A DNA stretch of 64,000 nt, taken from Alphaproteobacteria bacterium. Its GTDB lineage: Bacteria > Pseudomonadota > Alphaproteobacteria > RF32 > CAG-239. The stretch lies in contig JAZLEQ010000018.1 of the NCBI GenBank assembly GCA_045615365.1, positions 106,384 to 170,383 of the forward strand, in the 5' to 3' direction. Positions 8,180 to 18,004 of this stretch are shown piece by piece; the first letter of the stretch is position 1, and each line of letters opens with the position of its first letter. The notes beneath the pieces were generated by a model, which had not been told where the DNA came from, searched no databases, and saw nothing but the letters and a program-made list of their open reading frames with translations. Made by a program: the position numbers and the translations under genes.

Positions 8180-10987
8180 ATGAGCAATGATTATATAGAA
8201 ATAAAAGGCGCCCGAGAACACAACCTCAAAAATATAAATGTCCGCATACCCAAAAATAAACTTACCGTAATCACCGGCCTTTCCGGATCCGGTAAGTCAT
8301 CTTTGGCTTTCGATACCATTTATGCCGAAGGACAGAGGCGCTATGTTGAAAGCTTATCATCCTATGCTCGTCAATTTTTAGACCTCATGAAAAAACCTGA
8401 TGTCGATTCCATTGAAGGTCTTTCTCCCGCAATTTCAATAGAGCAAAAAAGCACTTCGCATAACCCACGTTCTACTGTTGGAACAATCACCGAAATATAT
8501 GATTATATGCGTCTTTTATGGGCTCGTGCCGGCACCCCTTATTCTCCGGCAACCGGCTTACCCATTGAAAGTCAGACCGTTTCACAAATGACCGACAAAA
8601 TTCTAAGCCTTCCCGAAGGAACAAAACTCATAATATTAGCACCTGTCGTCCGCGGCAAAAAAGGCGAATATAAAAAAGAATTTCAAAACTTGCAAAAGCA
8701 AGGATATCAACGCGTTAAAATAGATAATGAAATATACGATTTAGAAGAAGTGCCGGACTTAAACAAGAACCAAAAACACGATATTTCGGTTGTGATTGAT
8801 CGCATTGTTGTAAAAGAAGGCATTTCCGAACGCCTTGCTCAATCTCTGGAAACCACCCTAAAACTCAGCGATGGTTTAGTTCATATTGATAACCTTACAG
8901 ACAATACGCAAATAATTTTTTCTTCCAAGTTTGCCTGCCCTGTATCCGGCTTCACAATCTCTGAAATTGAACCTCGCTTATTCTCGTTCAACAACCCTTA
9001 TGGCGCTTGCCCGCATTGTGACGGCATCGGCGCCAAATTATACATGGATCCCTTACTGGTTGTGCCCAACCCCAACTTATCCATTTCACAAGGAGCAATA
9101 GCCCCTTGGCACGGCTTCAGGTCTTCATTTTATGAACAAGCCCTATATTCTTTGGCCGATTACCTCAATATATCGGTCAAAACCCCATGGAAAGACCTTC
9201 CGCAAAAAGCCAAAGACATAATTTTATACGGTTCGGGAGATGAACCTATACCTCTCTACTATTCACGTTTTGTAACAAACAAACCTTTTGAAGGCGTAAT
9301 CCCCAACATGGAACGTCGTTTTCTTGAAACAGATTCACCTTCGGCACGAGAAGAATTGGCTCGCTACCAATCTGCCGCCCCTTGTGAATTCTGCCAAGGG
9401 AAACGCCTCAAACAAGAAGCCTTGGCTGTCAAGATATGCGGACTTGATATTATGGACGTTTCCGAAATGTCAATTAAAAAAGCCCTTATGTGGTTTGGAG
9501 GCATCCTTCCCACCCTCACCCCGCAAAAACAAGAAATCGCCACCAAAATCATAAAAGAAATTTGCGAACGTCTGAATTTCTTAAACAACGTAGGCTTAGA
9601 TTATCTGACACTTTCTCGTCAATCAGGCTCTCTTTCCGGCGGCGAGGCACAAAGAATTCGTTTAGCCAGCCAAATAGGAACCGGTTTAACCGGAGTTTTA
9701 TATGTCTTGGATGAACCATCAATCGGTCTGCACCAACGTGATAACGATAAGCTTCTGCAAACACTAAACCGCCTCAGAGATATAGGCAACACGGTTGTTG
9801 TGGTAGAACACGACGAAGATGCAATCCGCACTGCCGATTTTATTATTGATATCGGCCCTAAAGCAGGTGCGAACGGCGGCAAAATTATGGCAGCAGGCGA
9901 TTTAAAAGAAATATTAAAATCCGATTCTTTAACGGCGCAATACCTCAATGGAACAAAAAAGATAAAACTTCCGCAAACACGCCGCAAAGGTTCCGGCAAA
10001 TTTTTATCCCTAAACGGCGTCAAAACCAACAATTTAAAAAATATTGATGTTCAAATTCCTTTAGGAACATTCACCTGTGTTACAGGCGTTTCCGGCTCTG
10101 GAAAATCGTCATTAATTTTGGAGACTCTGTGTAATGCTCTGGAAAAAGAATTAAACGGTTCTCGCACTCCTTGCGGAATTTATTCCAAACTTTCCGGTGT
10201 TGAAAACATTGATAAAATAATAAACATCGATCAATCTCCGATTGGTCGCACTCCTCGTTCCAATCCTGCTACCTACACCGGCGTTTTCACCAATATCCGA
10301 GACTGGTTCGCAGGCCTTCCCGAAGCTAAAGCACGCGGCTATACGGCAAGTCGCTTTTCATTCAACGTTGCCGGCGGAAGATGCGAAGCTTGCAAAGGAG
10401 ACGGTGTAACCAAAATAGAAATGCACTTTTTACCCGATGTCTATGTTGAATGCGATGTTTGTAAAGGCACTCGTTTCAATCGTGAAACTTTAGAAGTAAA
10501 ATACAAAGATAAATCCATTGCCGATGTTTTAGACATGACCGTAGATGAAGCATATTCTTTTTTTGAAAACATACCGGCAATCAAAAATCGCTTAGATTTA
10601 CTGCGTCGTGTCGGTTTAGGTTATATCAAACTCGGACAACCTGCCACCACTCTTTCCGGCGGCGAAGCACAACGCATAAAACTCTCTAAAGAACTATCCA
10701 AACGCGCAACGGGAAAAACTTTATATATTTTGGACGAACCGACAACCGGCCTGCATTTTGAAGACATAAACAAACTGTTGGATATTTTGCAATCATTAGT
10801 TGATCAAGGTAACTCGCTGATCGTAATTGAACACAACTTGGATGTCATCAAAACTGCCGACCACATCATTGATATCGGCCCTGAAGGCGGTGACGGCGGA
10901 GGAAAAATCATAGCTCAAGGCACCCCCGAAGAAGTAGCAAAATCACAAATCAGCCACACTGCAAAATTTTTAAGAGAAAAACTATAA
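8180..10987 (+). CDS. uvrA: Excinuclease ABC subunit A
   Basis: [55 protein letters not shown]…, two ABC ATPase modules, zinc-finger Cys clusters. AGGAG RBS before the ATG at 8180; the track ORF begins 21 codons further upstream. Confidence 0.95.
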   Translation: MSNDYIEIKGAREHNLKNINVRIPKNKLTVITGLSGSGKSSLAFDTIYAEGQRRYVESLSSYARQFLDLMKKPDVDSIEGLSPAISIEQKSTSHNPRSTVGTITEIYDYMRLLWARAGTPYSPATGLPIESQTVSQMTDKILSLPEGTKLIILAPVVRGKKGEYKKEFQNLQKQGYQRVKIDNEIYDLEEVPDLNKNQKHDISVVIDRIVVKEGISERLAQSLETTLKLSDGLVHIDNLTDNTQIIFSSKFACPVSGFTISEIEPRLFSFNNPYGACPHCDGIGAKLYMDPLLVVPNPNLSISQGAIAPWHGFRSSFYEQALYSLADYLNISVKTPWKDLPQKAKDIILYGSGDEPIPLYYSRFVTNKPFEGVIPNMERRFLETDSPSAREELARYQSAAPCEFCQGKRLKQEALAVKICGLDIMDVSEMSIKKALMWFGGILPTLTPQKQEIATKIIKEICERLNFLNNVGLDYLTLSRQSGSLSGGEAQRIRLASQIGTGLTGVLYVLDEPSIGLHQRDNDKLLQTLNRLRDIGNTVVVVEHDEDAIRTADFIIDIGPKAGANGGKIMAAGDLKEILKSDSLTAQYLNGTKKIKLPQTRRKGSGKFLSLNGVKTNNLKNIDVQIPLGTFTCVTGVSGSGKSSLILETLCNALEKELNGSRTPCGIYSKLSGVENIDKIINIDQSPIGRTPRSNPATYTGVFTNIRDWFAGLPEAKARGYTASRFSFNVAGGRCEACKGDGVTKIEMHFLPDVYVECDVCKGTRFNRETLEVKYKDKSIADVLDMTVDEAYSFFENIPAIKNRLDLLRRVGLGYIKLGQPATTLSGGEAQRIKLSKELSKRATGKTLYILDEPTTGLHFEDINKLLDILQSLVDQGNSLIVIEHNLDVIKTADHIIDIGPEGGDGGGKIIAQGTPEEVAKSQISHTAKFLREKL

Positions 10988-10995
10988 AATAACAC

Positions 10996-12546
10996 TTAAT
11001 GCTGAAAATCAGACTTTAAAATGTGAATTGGCTTTATCTGATGTGCTTTCTCACACATTTCTGCACGATAATCACCTTTATATGCATTTGCATTGCCGAT
11101 AGAAAACGACATATCTTCAAAAGCTTCTTTTCCATTACCGCCTCTTTCAATTACTCTTTGCAAATTCCAAACTTTGTCATCATCATAATCATATTCAGAT
11201 ACAACCGAACGGAAAAATTTGGTCATTTTTTCATGAAGCGACATATCTGCCAAACTTTCCATTTTTTTATTTCCCATATAATCAACATACAGTTGAGCAA
11301 TATCCAAAACTAACTGCTCTCTGTTTTCTTTCTCATTTTCCACCAAATTCCACAATCCGCAAATTCTAACCGGATTACTTGTTGTTTTTTCAGCTTGTTT
11401 AAACAAATTTTCAGCATAGTTTATTGCATTATCATAGCTATAATTTCCATCATTTTCCCCTAAAGGATTTTTTTGAATTGCTTTGTTATTTTTAGCCAAA
11501 CTTTCAATATTTTCTCTCAATTCATTCAATCTCGAAAGTTTTGCTTTTCCTTTGATTTGAACATTTATCGTATTTAAAATTTCATCAACATCTTTATTTG
11601 TATAATCTGCTGCTTCAAAAGACAAAACCGCCAACCTTTTCATCTGATTAGCTAAATTCTCATTAAAACAATCACCTATTTTCACATGCTCAACATAAGC
11701 CTTATAAATATCACAAACCGCCTTTTTATCCAAAACTCTTTTTTCACCACAATACCTTGCAGTTTTCTGAGCCGACATTGTTTTAGTAGCCAAATAACGC
11801 AAAACAGCAATATCAAGCTCGCCATCAACTTTATCAGCCATCATAAAAAACATTTTTGCATAATCTGAAACTGCAGAATTGTGAACAAGCTTAATATTTT
11901 TAGCATATACTTGAAACATCTCAAAATAAGTTTTTACTTTAGTCTTTCCCGCTTCATTTCTTCTTTTTTTACTGATATTTTCCACTGATACTTTATACAA
12001 GCTATCTAAGTCGTTTTGTTTCAAATCATGAGGATTAATAGATGCCAAAACCTTCAAACTTTCTCTTGAAATCAGACTAACACCGTTTTTATCTTTTTTA
12101 TCAAGATAACCATTAGCAACCAGATGCTCCAACAGTCTAAATTTATCTAAAGAAGTTGAAGGCTTTTCACAAAAAACATCATTAATATAATTCAATCCGT
12201 CATTTAAAAAATGGTGTGAATTCATATTCAGTTTTTTTCCCCGCAACTCACCTTTATAATAAACTTCTTTTACCTTCCACCAAAAATGACCGTTGATTTG
12301 TTGTTTATCTTCTAATTTTTCAAATTTTGCCATATAGGCTTTAAGACTTTCGTAAAATACTTTTTTATTTTTCTCACTGGCATCAACTTCTTTGTTATAC
12401 GTCTCATCTTCTTTTAATTTGCCTTCCAAGCCCCCATTAGCAAAAAATTTACAACGAGCCTGTTCTCGTCGCCCGACTGCCAATGCATAATCAAGCAACT
12501 TTTGTTCTACAGACAAACATCTTTCATCTTTAGATAAATCCATCAT
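10996..12546 (-). CDS. Large ORFan hypothetical protein (516 aa), K/E/D/N-rich, no signal peptide
   Basis: Long uninterrupted ORF with no recognisable motif, wedged between uvrA and rpsU. Confidence 0.5.
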   Translation of the reverse strand: MMDLSKDERCLSVEQKLLDYALAVGRREQARCKFFANGGLEGKLKEDETYNKEVDASEKNKKVFYESLKAYMAKFEKLEDKQQINGHFWWKVKEVYYKGELRGKKLNMNSHHFLNDGLNYINDVFCEKPSTSLDKFRLLEHLVANGYLDKKDKNGVSLISRESLKVLASINPHDLKQNDLDSLYKVSVENISKKRRNEAGKTKVKTYFEMFQVYAKNIKLVHNSAVSDYAKMFFMMADKVDGELDIAVLRYLATKTMSAQKTARYCGEKRVLDKKAVCDIYKAYVEHVKIGDCFNENLANQMKRLAVLSFEAADYTNKDVDEILNTINVQIKGKAKLSRLNELRENIESLAKNNKAIQKNPLGENDGNYSYDNAINYAENLFKQAEKTTSNPVRICGLWNLVENEKENREQLVLDIAQLYVDYMGNKKMESLADMSLHEKMTKFFRSVVSEYDYDDDKVWNLQRVIERGGNGKEAFEDMSFSIGNANAYKGDYRAEMCEKAHQIKPIHILKSDFQH

Positions 12547-12615
12547 ATGGCGACCTCACTTTTGTCTATTTTCCGTCATTATATCATATTTTTGATACTA
12601 TTCAACAAAAAACTC

Positions 12616-12644
12616 TTGCATTCTTAAATTTTGAATGCTAAATA
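12616..12644 (+). promoter_or_regulatory. σ70-like promoter for rpsU (TTGCAT-17-TAAATA)
   Basis: -35 ttgcat at 12616-12621, 17-nt spacer, -10 taaata at 12639-12644, ~55 nt upstream of the rpsU GTG start. Confidence 0.4.
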
Positions 12645-12697
12645 AAACAAGCACAATTGGATTAACCTTTTAACTATAATGAAATGGGGTGATTTAA

Positions 12698-12904
12698 GTG
12701 GTTCAAGTTACTGTTATTGGTAATGACGTTGGACAATCTTTGAAAGTTTTGAAGAAAAAAATGCAACGTGAAGGCATTTTCCGCGAAATGAAATTGCGTC
12801 GTTGTCACGAAAAAAACTCTGAAAAGAAAGCTCGTCGTCAAGCTGAAGCCGTTCGTCGTGCTCGCAAACAGTTGCGTAAACGCTTAGATACTGAAGGATT
12901 CTAA
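12698..12904 (+). CDS. rpsU: 30S ribosomal protein S21
   Basis: 68 aa, GTG start; [56 protein letters not shown] matches alphaproteobacterial S21. Confidence 0.9.
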   Translation: MVQVTVIGNDVGQSLKVLKKKMQREGIFREMKLRRCHEKNSEKKARRQAEAVRRARKQLRKRLDTEGF

Positions 12905-12926
12905 TTGGAGTTTCCTTTCAAAAAGT

Positions 12927-12962
12927 TAAACCGCTTCTTTAATAAGAAGCGGTTTTTCTTTT
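12927..12962 (+). terminator. Intrinsic terminator after rpsU (aaaccgcttctt / aagaagcggttt + T-run)
   Basis: 12-bp hairpin followed by tttttctttt. Confidence 0.65.
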
Positions 12963-13009
12963 GAAATAAAAAAATATTCTTGCCAAATTACTTAAAATCT
13001 ATTAGCTTA

Positions 13010-13180
13010 GATTTCGCAAAGACGAGTTGCCTTTGCGGAGTGTCGAAACTCCCAAAAGAAGTAAGAACATCTCCAAATGGGGAGCTGAGGATATAAGGCT
13101 TATGCTCGAATGACTCAGACTGTTCTTTTGCAGTTTCGAACTCCCCGCCTTTTTTGATTAAAAAGGCGGTTTTGTTTTAA
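13010..13180 (+). ncRNA. Structured intergenic element: candidate small RNA / cis-regulatory leader, or palindromic repeat element, ending in an intrinsic terminator immediately before the XRE gene
   Basis: Possible promoter (ttgcca-17-tagctt) near 12980, then nested hairpins (gcaaag/ctttgc; ggagtgtcgaaactcc; ctcc/ggag; ctgag/ctcag). ~28-bp imperfect inverted arms 13043-13070 and 13125-13154 around the core gagt(g)tcgaaact. Terminator ccgcctttt/aaaaggcgg + T-run at 13143-13178. Confidence 0.35.
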
Positions 13181-13199
13181 CAAAATCAAACGGGAGTTT

Positions 13200-13430
13200 A
13201 TGAAAATGACAGAATCTTTTCGTGCCGAAGTATTAAAAAATTTGGGCGCCAATTTAAGAAAAATTCGCATAGAAAAAGGATTAGCAACAGCTGATGTTGC
13301 CCTACACTGCGATTTATCACTAAATTCAATAAACGAAATTGAAAAAGGAAACAAAGTTTCTTTTACAAAATTCAAAAGATTACTTTCCTTTTACGACAAA
13401 AGATTCGAAATACTTATAACCGATAAATAA
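13200..13430 (+). CDS. XRE-family helix-turn-helix transcriptional regulator (Cro/CI-type), small
   Basis: 76 aa; LRKIRIEKGLATADVALHCDLSLNSINEIEKGNKVSFTKFKRL is a canonical HTH_XRE; GGGAG RBS 6 nt upstream. Confidence 0.7.
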   Translation: MKMTESFRAEVLKNLGANLRKIRIEKGLATADVALHCDLSLNSINEIEKGNKVSFTKFKRLLSFYDKRFEILITDK

Positions 13431-13444
13431 AATCAAAATAAAAA

Positions 13445-13488
13445 AGTCGGCGAGTGAGCGTAGATAAGCCTACGTGACCGAGCCGACT
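13445..13488. terminator. GC-rich nested hairpin between convergent XRE and aas genes (agtcggc…cgtag…ctacg…gccgact)
   Basis: 7-bp outer and 5-bp inner stems; likely a bidirectional terminator, though the T-run is weak. Confidence 0.4.
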
Positions 13489-13528
13489 ATTTGAAATTTT
13501 GGCTTTAGATGAGCCGTTATACAAACTT

Positions 13529-15712
13529 TTAAGCTATTTTTAATTCAGCCATAACCTCCTTCTTCAACGTCACATTATCTGCTTTACCTGTTGCAAATAC
13601 AGGTAACGATTCGCGATAAACAATAGTGCGCGGAAGATAAAGTTCGGGCAATCCATTTTGCTTAATGTAAGTATGCAAACGATCATTGGTGGCTTTTTTA
13701 TTGTTGGTAGCAAGAACAATTTGCTCACCTTTGGTCTCATGAGGAACGGCAACAATACCATAAGCCCACTCAACACCGTCAGCTTCCAAAGCTTTAACAA
13801 CTGTTTCGTGAACGGCATTAAGCGATACCATCTCACCCCCGACTTTAGCAAAACGTTTGATACGGTCACGAATATAAACAAAACCGATTTCATCAATCTC
13901 AACCACATCGCCGGTATGATACCAACCATCCTTAAGCGGAACCAAAACTCCGGGATTATCAGGCATAATATATCCCATCATCACATTCGGACCTTTAACC
14001 CAAAGCTCTCCGCCCTTCTCGATTCCGTCAACCGGAACAATCTTGTGCTGAATTTTAGGCAACAACTTACCGATAGAACCGAAACGATTGAAAATACAGT
14101 TATTTGCAGTAACCACCGGAGCGCATTCGGTTGAACCGTAAGCTTCTTTAACACTGACTCCCAATCTTTCACCCCAAAGGTTGCGAGTATCAGGTTTAAC
14201 GGCTTCAGCACCGCCATACATAATTCTGATACTACGGAAATCCATCGGGTGAGCAATTTTAGCATATCCGCGGAAGAAGGTGTCTGTTCCAAGCAACGCA
14301 GTTGCACCGATTTCATAAGAAAGCTCAGCAATAATACGATAATGCAACGGCGACGGATAAAGGAACAATTTTGAACCTCTGAACATTGGGAACAAAGTTC
14401 CCACTGTTAAGCCGAAACTATGGAACATCGGAAGCGCGTTAAGCAAAATATCCTTAGTTGTTAATGTTTCAATACAGCTCAACTGATCAACGTTTGAAAT
14501 AATATTTTCATGACTTAACACAACTGCCTTAGGAGCACCTTCCGAACCGGAAGTAAACAAAATGACTGCTTTTCTGTTTCCGCCTTCCGGATGAGGAACA
14601 CGTTTGGTTTTATATCTGATATATGCACCCAACTTATCTTTCAAGGTGAGATGTTTACGCAGTTCTTCCAAATAAAAGATTTTGTAACCGGCTTTGCGCA
14701 ATTCATCAATCACATCTTCCATCTTGGCATTACGAATAAACATATGTGATGTAATAACTGTTTTAACTTGCGCAGTATTACACATCGACACCATATTTTT
14801 CGAACCCACCGAGAAGTTCAACATAACCGGAACACGGTTATATGCAGACAAACCGAAGAAAGTGCAAACCGTTGCCAACGCATTAGGCAACAACAACGCA
14901 ACGTGCTCCTCCGGATTCGTCATCTTTTTAAAGAAACGTCCCAAAACAAAAGATTTAATAACAATATCCTTATATGAGTTTGGTTCGCGGTTAATATCTT
15001 CAAAAAATTTAACACGACGAAACCAACCCTGCTTGGAGTTTACTTTAGCCACTTTCATCAACATCGCAAACAACGAAATATTCTCGTTATGAGCAGCATC
15101 AAAACACATATCACGCATAATCATATAAACTTCGTTGCTGATATGGTCACGTTGACGACGCAATTCATCTTTCAACTTAAATTTAACAGGTTTTCTTACC
15201 GTAATTGTAATTCTCGGCAACGGACGATGAGGCAATTTTCCCTTTGTTTTTGAGAAATAACCGAATTGCGGACCATCAATCCAAACCGGCACAATCGGAG
15301 CACCCGACTTATCGGCTGCCAACCCGGGAGCTTCGTAAATTTTCATCAACCCGCCATTATCTGTCATACGACCTTCAGCAAACATAACACAGCATCTGCC
15401 ACTATCAATCTTTGCGATAAGTTCTTTCAAATCGCCGGGTTCAATCGGATTAAACGGCATCACATCGGCTGTCTGCATCAACATCCTAATCCATTTATTA
15501 CGATATAGGTGCCCGTTCAACGCAAAAATGGGATTCCCCGGTAAAAATGCAAACAACATAATTGGGTCTAAGAAAGACACGTGGTTAGAAATATAAACCG
15601 CCTTTGTCGGAAGTTTATTTTCATCAAACTGAATATTGCATCTCACCTTAAAAACGTTAAACACAACACGCAAACAAAACCTAACAATATTTCTCACAAG
15701 TAAATCCTCCAA
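13529..15712 (-). CDS. aas: Bifunctional 2-acylglycerophosphoethanolamine acyltransferase / acyl-ACP synthetase (Aas-like)
   Basis: 727 aa. N-terminal PlsC-type acyltransferase with NHVSFLDP (HX4D) motif; C-terminal AMP-binding adenylation domain (…ILFTSGSEGAPKAVVLSHENI…, …YGSTEC…, …GWYHTGDV…). Length matches E. coli Aas. Confidence 0.75.
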   Translation of the reverse strand: MEDLLVRNIVRFCLRVVFNVFKVRCNIQFDENKLPTKAVYISNHVSFLDPIMLFAFLPGNPIFALNGHLYRNKWIRMLMQTADVMPFNPIEPGDLKELIAKIDSGRCCVMFAEGRMTDNGGLMKIYEAPGLAADKSGAPIVPVWIDGPQFGYFSKTKGKLPHRPLPRITITVRKPVKFKLKDELRRQRDHISNEVYMIMRDMCFDAAHNENISLFAMLMKVAKVNSKQGWFRRVKFFEDINREPNSYKDIVIKSFVLGRFFKKMTNPEEHVALLLPNALATVCTFFGLSAYNRVPVMLNFSVGSKNMVSMCNTAQVKTVITSHMFIRNAKMEDVIDELRKAGYKIFYLEELRKHLTLKDKLGAYIRYKTKRVPHPEGGNRKAVILFTSGSEGAPKAVVLSHENIISNVDQLSCIETLTTKDILLNALPMFHSFGLTVGTLFPMFRGSKLFLYPSPLHYRIIAELSYEIGATALLGTDTFFRGYAKIAHPMDFRSIRIMYGGAEAVKPDTRNLWGERLGVSVKEAYGSTECAPVVTANNCIFNRFGSIGKLLPKIQHKIVPVDGIEKGGELWVKGPNVMMGYIMPDNPGVLVPLKDGWYHTGDVVEIDEIGFVYIRDRIKRFAKVGGEMVSLNAVHETVVKALEADGVEWAYGIVAVPHETKGEQIVLATNNKKATNDRLHTYIKQNGLPELYLPRTIVYRESLPVFATGKADNVTLKKEVMAELKIA

Positions 15713-15781
15713 TAGTTCTTGTTAACATATTTTTAACTTTAAATCACCGCATATGTAAAGAGAAAAAATGCTCCTCTCAAA

Positions 15782-15798
15782 TTCAATCAATCGATTTA
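15782..15798. promoter_or_regulatory. Candidate TetR operator half-palindrome in the aas/tetR divergent region (TTCAATCAATCGATTTA)
   Basis: Shares TTCAATC…AATCGATT with the perfect palindrome upstream of fadL. Confidence 0.3.
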
Positions 15799-15934
15799 AC
15801 GGATATCATATTGATTTTTATAATTTTTTATCATTTTATACCAAAGTGGATAAAAAGAATATTGTCTTTTAAAAATCTTATGCTAAAACAACCGACATGT
15901 GCACAACATACATATTAATAAGGAGTGAACTTTA

Positions 15935-16573
15935 ATGGCCAACGATTCAAAAACCAAGCTGCTTTTAAGTGCTTTTGAAGAATTTGCCAAAAATGGTTTC
16001 GGAGGAGCCTCAACCCGTGATATTGCCGCCAAGGCAAATATTAATATATCATCAATCCTTTATTACTTCGGCGGAAAAAAAGGAATTTACACTGCGGCCC
16101 TTAAAAAAATTGTTGACACAATCAATCATAAAACCGCTGAACTGACAAATAGTTATCAAAATGTTATCGAACTAAAAAATCCGGAAATGGCTCGTAAATT
16201 GCTGAAAGAAATGTCGGAAAAATTCTTAAACATTCTTTGCAATAAAGATATATCGCCCGACATTAAAAAGGTTTTCTTAAGCGAATATTCGAGTCCCACA
16301 GAAGAATTTAATATTTTATACGATGAGTTGATTCGCCCTGTTCATGACCGTATGGCCAATCTTCTTCACCTTGCAAGCTCTGAAAAGATTGATATTAAAG
16401 ACTGCTATTTTTACATTGTTCCCTTATTTTCGCAGCTATTTGTTTTTGCTTCTCGCAAAGATTCCATCTGCAAATTAATGAGCTGGGAAGACTATAATGA
16501 AACAGAACAAAACAAGCTTTTACAATACACTAGCTCCCAAATTGACTTCATTTTAGACTATCTGAAAAAATAA
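15935..16573 (+). CDS. TetR/AcrR-family transcriptional regulator
   Basis: 212 aa; N-terminal TetR HTH (KLLLSAFEEFAKNGFGGASTRDIAAKANINISSILYYFGGKKGIY). Confidence 0.8.
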   Translation: MANDSKTKLLLSAFEEFAKNGFGGASTRDIAAKANINISSILYYFGGKKGIYTAALKKIVDTINHKTAELTNSYQNVIELKNPEMARKLLKEMSEKFLNILCNKDISPDIKKVFLSEYSSPTEEFNILYDELIRPVHDRMANLLHLASSEKIDIKDCYFYIVPLFSQLFVFASRKDSICKLMSWEDYNETEQNKLLQYTSSQIDFILDYLKK

Positions 16574-16586
16574 TATTCACATTTAT

Positions 16587-16627
16587 TCAATCGATTGATT
16601 GACAAATTGTTTTTTTTGTTTTATAAC
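16587..16627 (+). promoter_or_regulatory. fadL promoter (TTGACA-17-TATAAC) with overlapping 12-bp perfect palindrome TCAATCGATTGA (candidate TetR operator)
   Basis: Palindrome at 16587-16598 abuts -35 ttgaca (16599-16604); -10 tataac at 16622-16627; fadL ATG at 16665. Confidence 0.45.
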
Positions 16628-16664
16628 CCCTCTTGTGTGTTTTAACAAAAAGGACATTATACTT

Positions 16665-17912
16665 ATGAAAAAACTACTTACATATACCGCTTTAGCAGGT
16701 ATTATAGCAATTTCAAATGCCAATGCCGCAGGCTTCAACCTTCGTGAACAATCTGCCGCTGCATTGGGCAACGCATTCGCCGGTGCAACTGCCGGAGCAG
16801 AAAATATTTCATATTCATATTTTAACGCTGCCGGCTTAACAAAGCACAAAGGCACTCAAGTTCACATCGGTGGAACTCACATCGCTCCTGAAGCAAAAGC
16901 CCGCAATGTTAAAAGAGCTGGCGTCACTCCCGATTCTGATGTTGACAACATCGTTCGCGCAGCTATTGCTCCTAATTTGAGTGCGTCTCATCAATTAAAC
17001 GACAAAACCGTTATGGGCATCAGCGTAAACGTTCCTTTCGGAATGGTTACCAAATATAAAGACCGCAATTGGGCTGGTTCTGATCATGGTTTAACTTCAA
17101 AAGTTACTGCCGTAACCACAACCCCGATGGTTGCCTACAAAGCTACTGACAAATTGTCTCTCGGTGTAGGTTTGCCGATTCAATACTTCAAAGCCAAATT
17201 GTCAAACTCCGTATTGGGAATGGGCGCATCTTCATACACCAAAGTTGAAGGCGAAACTGTTGATATCGGCTATCAACTGAGCGCTATGTATGAATTCAAC
17301 GAAAACACCCGTATCGGTGTTAACTACCGTAGTGAAATCAATCACAAATTGAAAGGCGAGATTGAATCTAAATTACCGGTATCATACTTAAACCAAGACA
17401 TCTCTGCTCGTATTGATACTCCTGCTATGTTGTCAGTTGGCGGTTTCCACAAAATCAACGACAAATGGGAAGTTATGGCCGAATATCAAAAAGTGTTCTG
17501 GAATTCTTTTGACAGTATCGATATCTACGGCAAAGATTTCCCTAAAGGAACATCATACTTGCTGAGCACAACTCCCGAACATTGGGAAGATGCAAATTTC
17601 TATGCTTTGGGCGCAAGCTACAATGTTAACGACCAATGGAAAATTCGTGCTGGTATCGCTTATGACGAATCTGCTGTTCGTTTAGATTATCGCACACCTC
17701 GCGTTCCGGATTCTCGTCGTATGTGGTATTCTGCCGGTGTTGGCTATAAATACAATGAAAATCTGACCTTTGATGCTGCTTATACTTTCATCAAAGCTCG
17801 TCCGGCCAGTGTTGACTTACCTGCAACTGATGCCGGTGGACGTAAAGGCTACACTGCCGATTATAAGAACCAAGTTCATATGATTGGCTTTTCTATGAAC
17901 TACAAGTTCTAA
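16665..17912 (+). CDS. fadL: Outer-membrane long-chain fatty acid / hydrophobic compound transporter, FadL (OmpP1/FadL/TodX) family
   Basis: Signal peptide, then AAGFNLREQSAAALGNAFAGATAGAENISYSYFNAAGL (FadL N-terminal hatch signature); beta-barrel with C-terminal aromatic …FSMNYKF. Confidence 0.75.
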   Translation: MKKLLTYTALAGIIAISNANAAGFNLREQSAAALGNAFAGATAGAENISYSYFNAAGLTKHKGTQVHIGGTHIAPEAKARNVKRAGVTPDSDVDNIVRAAIAPNLSASHQLNDKTVMGISVNVPFGMVTKYKDRNWAGSDHGLTSKVTAVTTTPMVAYKATDKLSLGVGLPIQYFKAKLSNSVLGMGASSYTKVEGETVDIGYQLSAMYEFNENTRIGVNYRSEINHKLKGEIESKLPVSYLNQDISARIDTPAMLSVGGFHKINDKWEVMAEYQKVFWNSFDSIDIYGKDFPKGTSYLLSTTPEHWEDANFYALGASYNVNDQWKIRAGIAYDESAVRLDYRTPRVPDSRRMWYSAGVGYKYNENLTFDAAYTFIKARPASVDLPATDAGGRKGYTADYKNQVHMIGFSMNYKF

Positions 17913-17949
17913 GAAAAAAAAATAAAAAAACTCTGAAAACTCCCTTAAG

Positions 17950-17987
17950 AAAAACCACATTATCTCTAATGTGGTTTTTCTTTTTTT
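17950..17987 (+). terminator. Intrinsic terminator after fadL (aaaaaccacat / atgtggttttt + T-run)
   Basis: 11-bp hairpin followed by a long T-run. Confidence 0.65.
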
Positions 17988-18004
17988 AATAATCCTGATT
18001 TTAT

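Noticed and set aside
9324-10032. Several 70-137-aa ORFs on both strands inside uvrA
   Set aside because: Internal shadow ORFs of a confidently identified 936-aa gene.
13010-13180. Possibility that the structured element is the acceptor piece of a permuted (two-piece) alphaproteobacterial tmRNA
   Set aside because: No T-arm/acceptor 3' strand ending in CCA with the G-U alanine identity pair, and no tag-peptide reading frame ending in …ALAA nearby; the resemblance is limited to a TTCGAA-containing hairpin.
13115-13375. 86-aa minus-strand ORF overlapping the structured element and the XRE gene
   Set aside because: Antisense to a well-formed HTH gene and running through two terminator hairpins.
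13570-14331. Three 116-158-aa ORFs inside aas on both strands
   Set aside because: Shadow ORFs within a confidently identified 727-aa gene.
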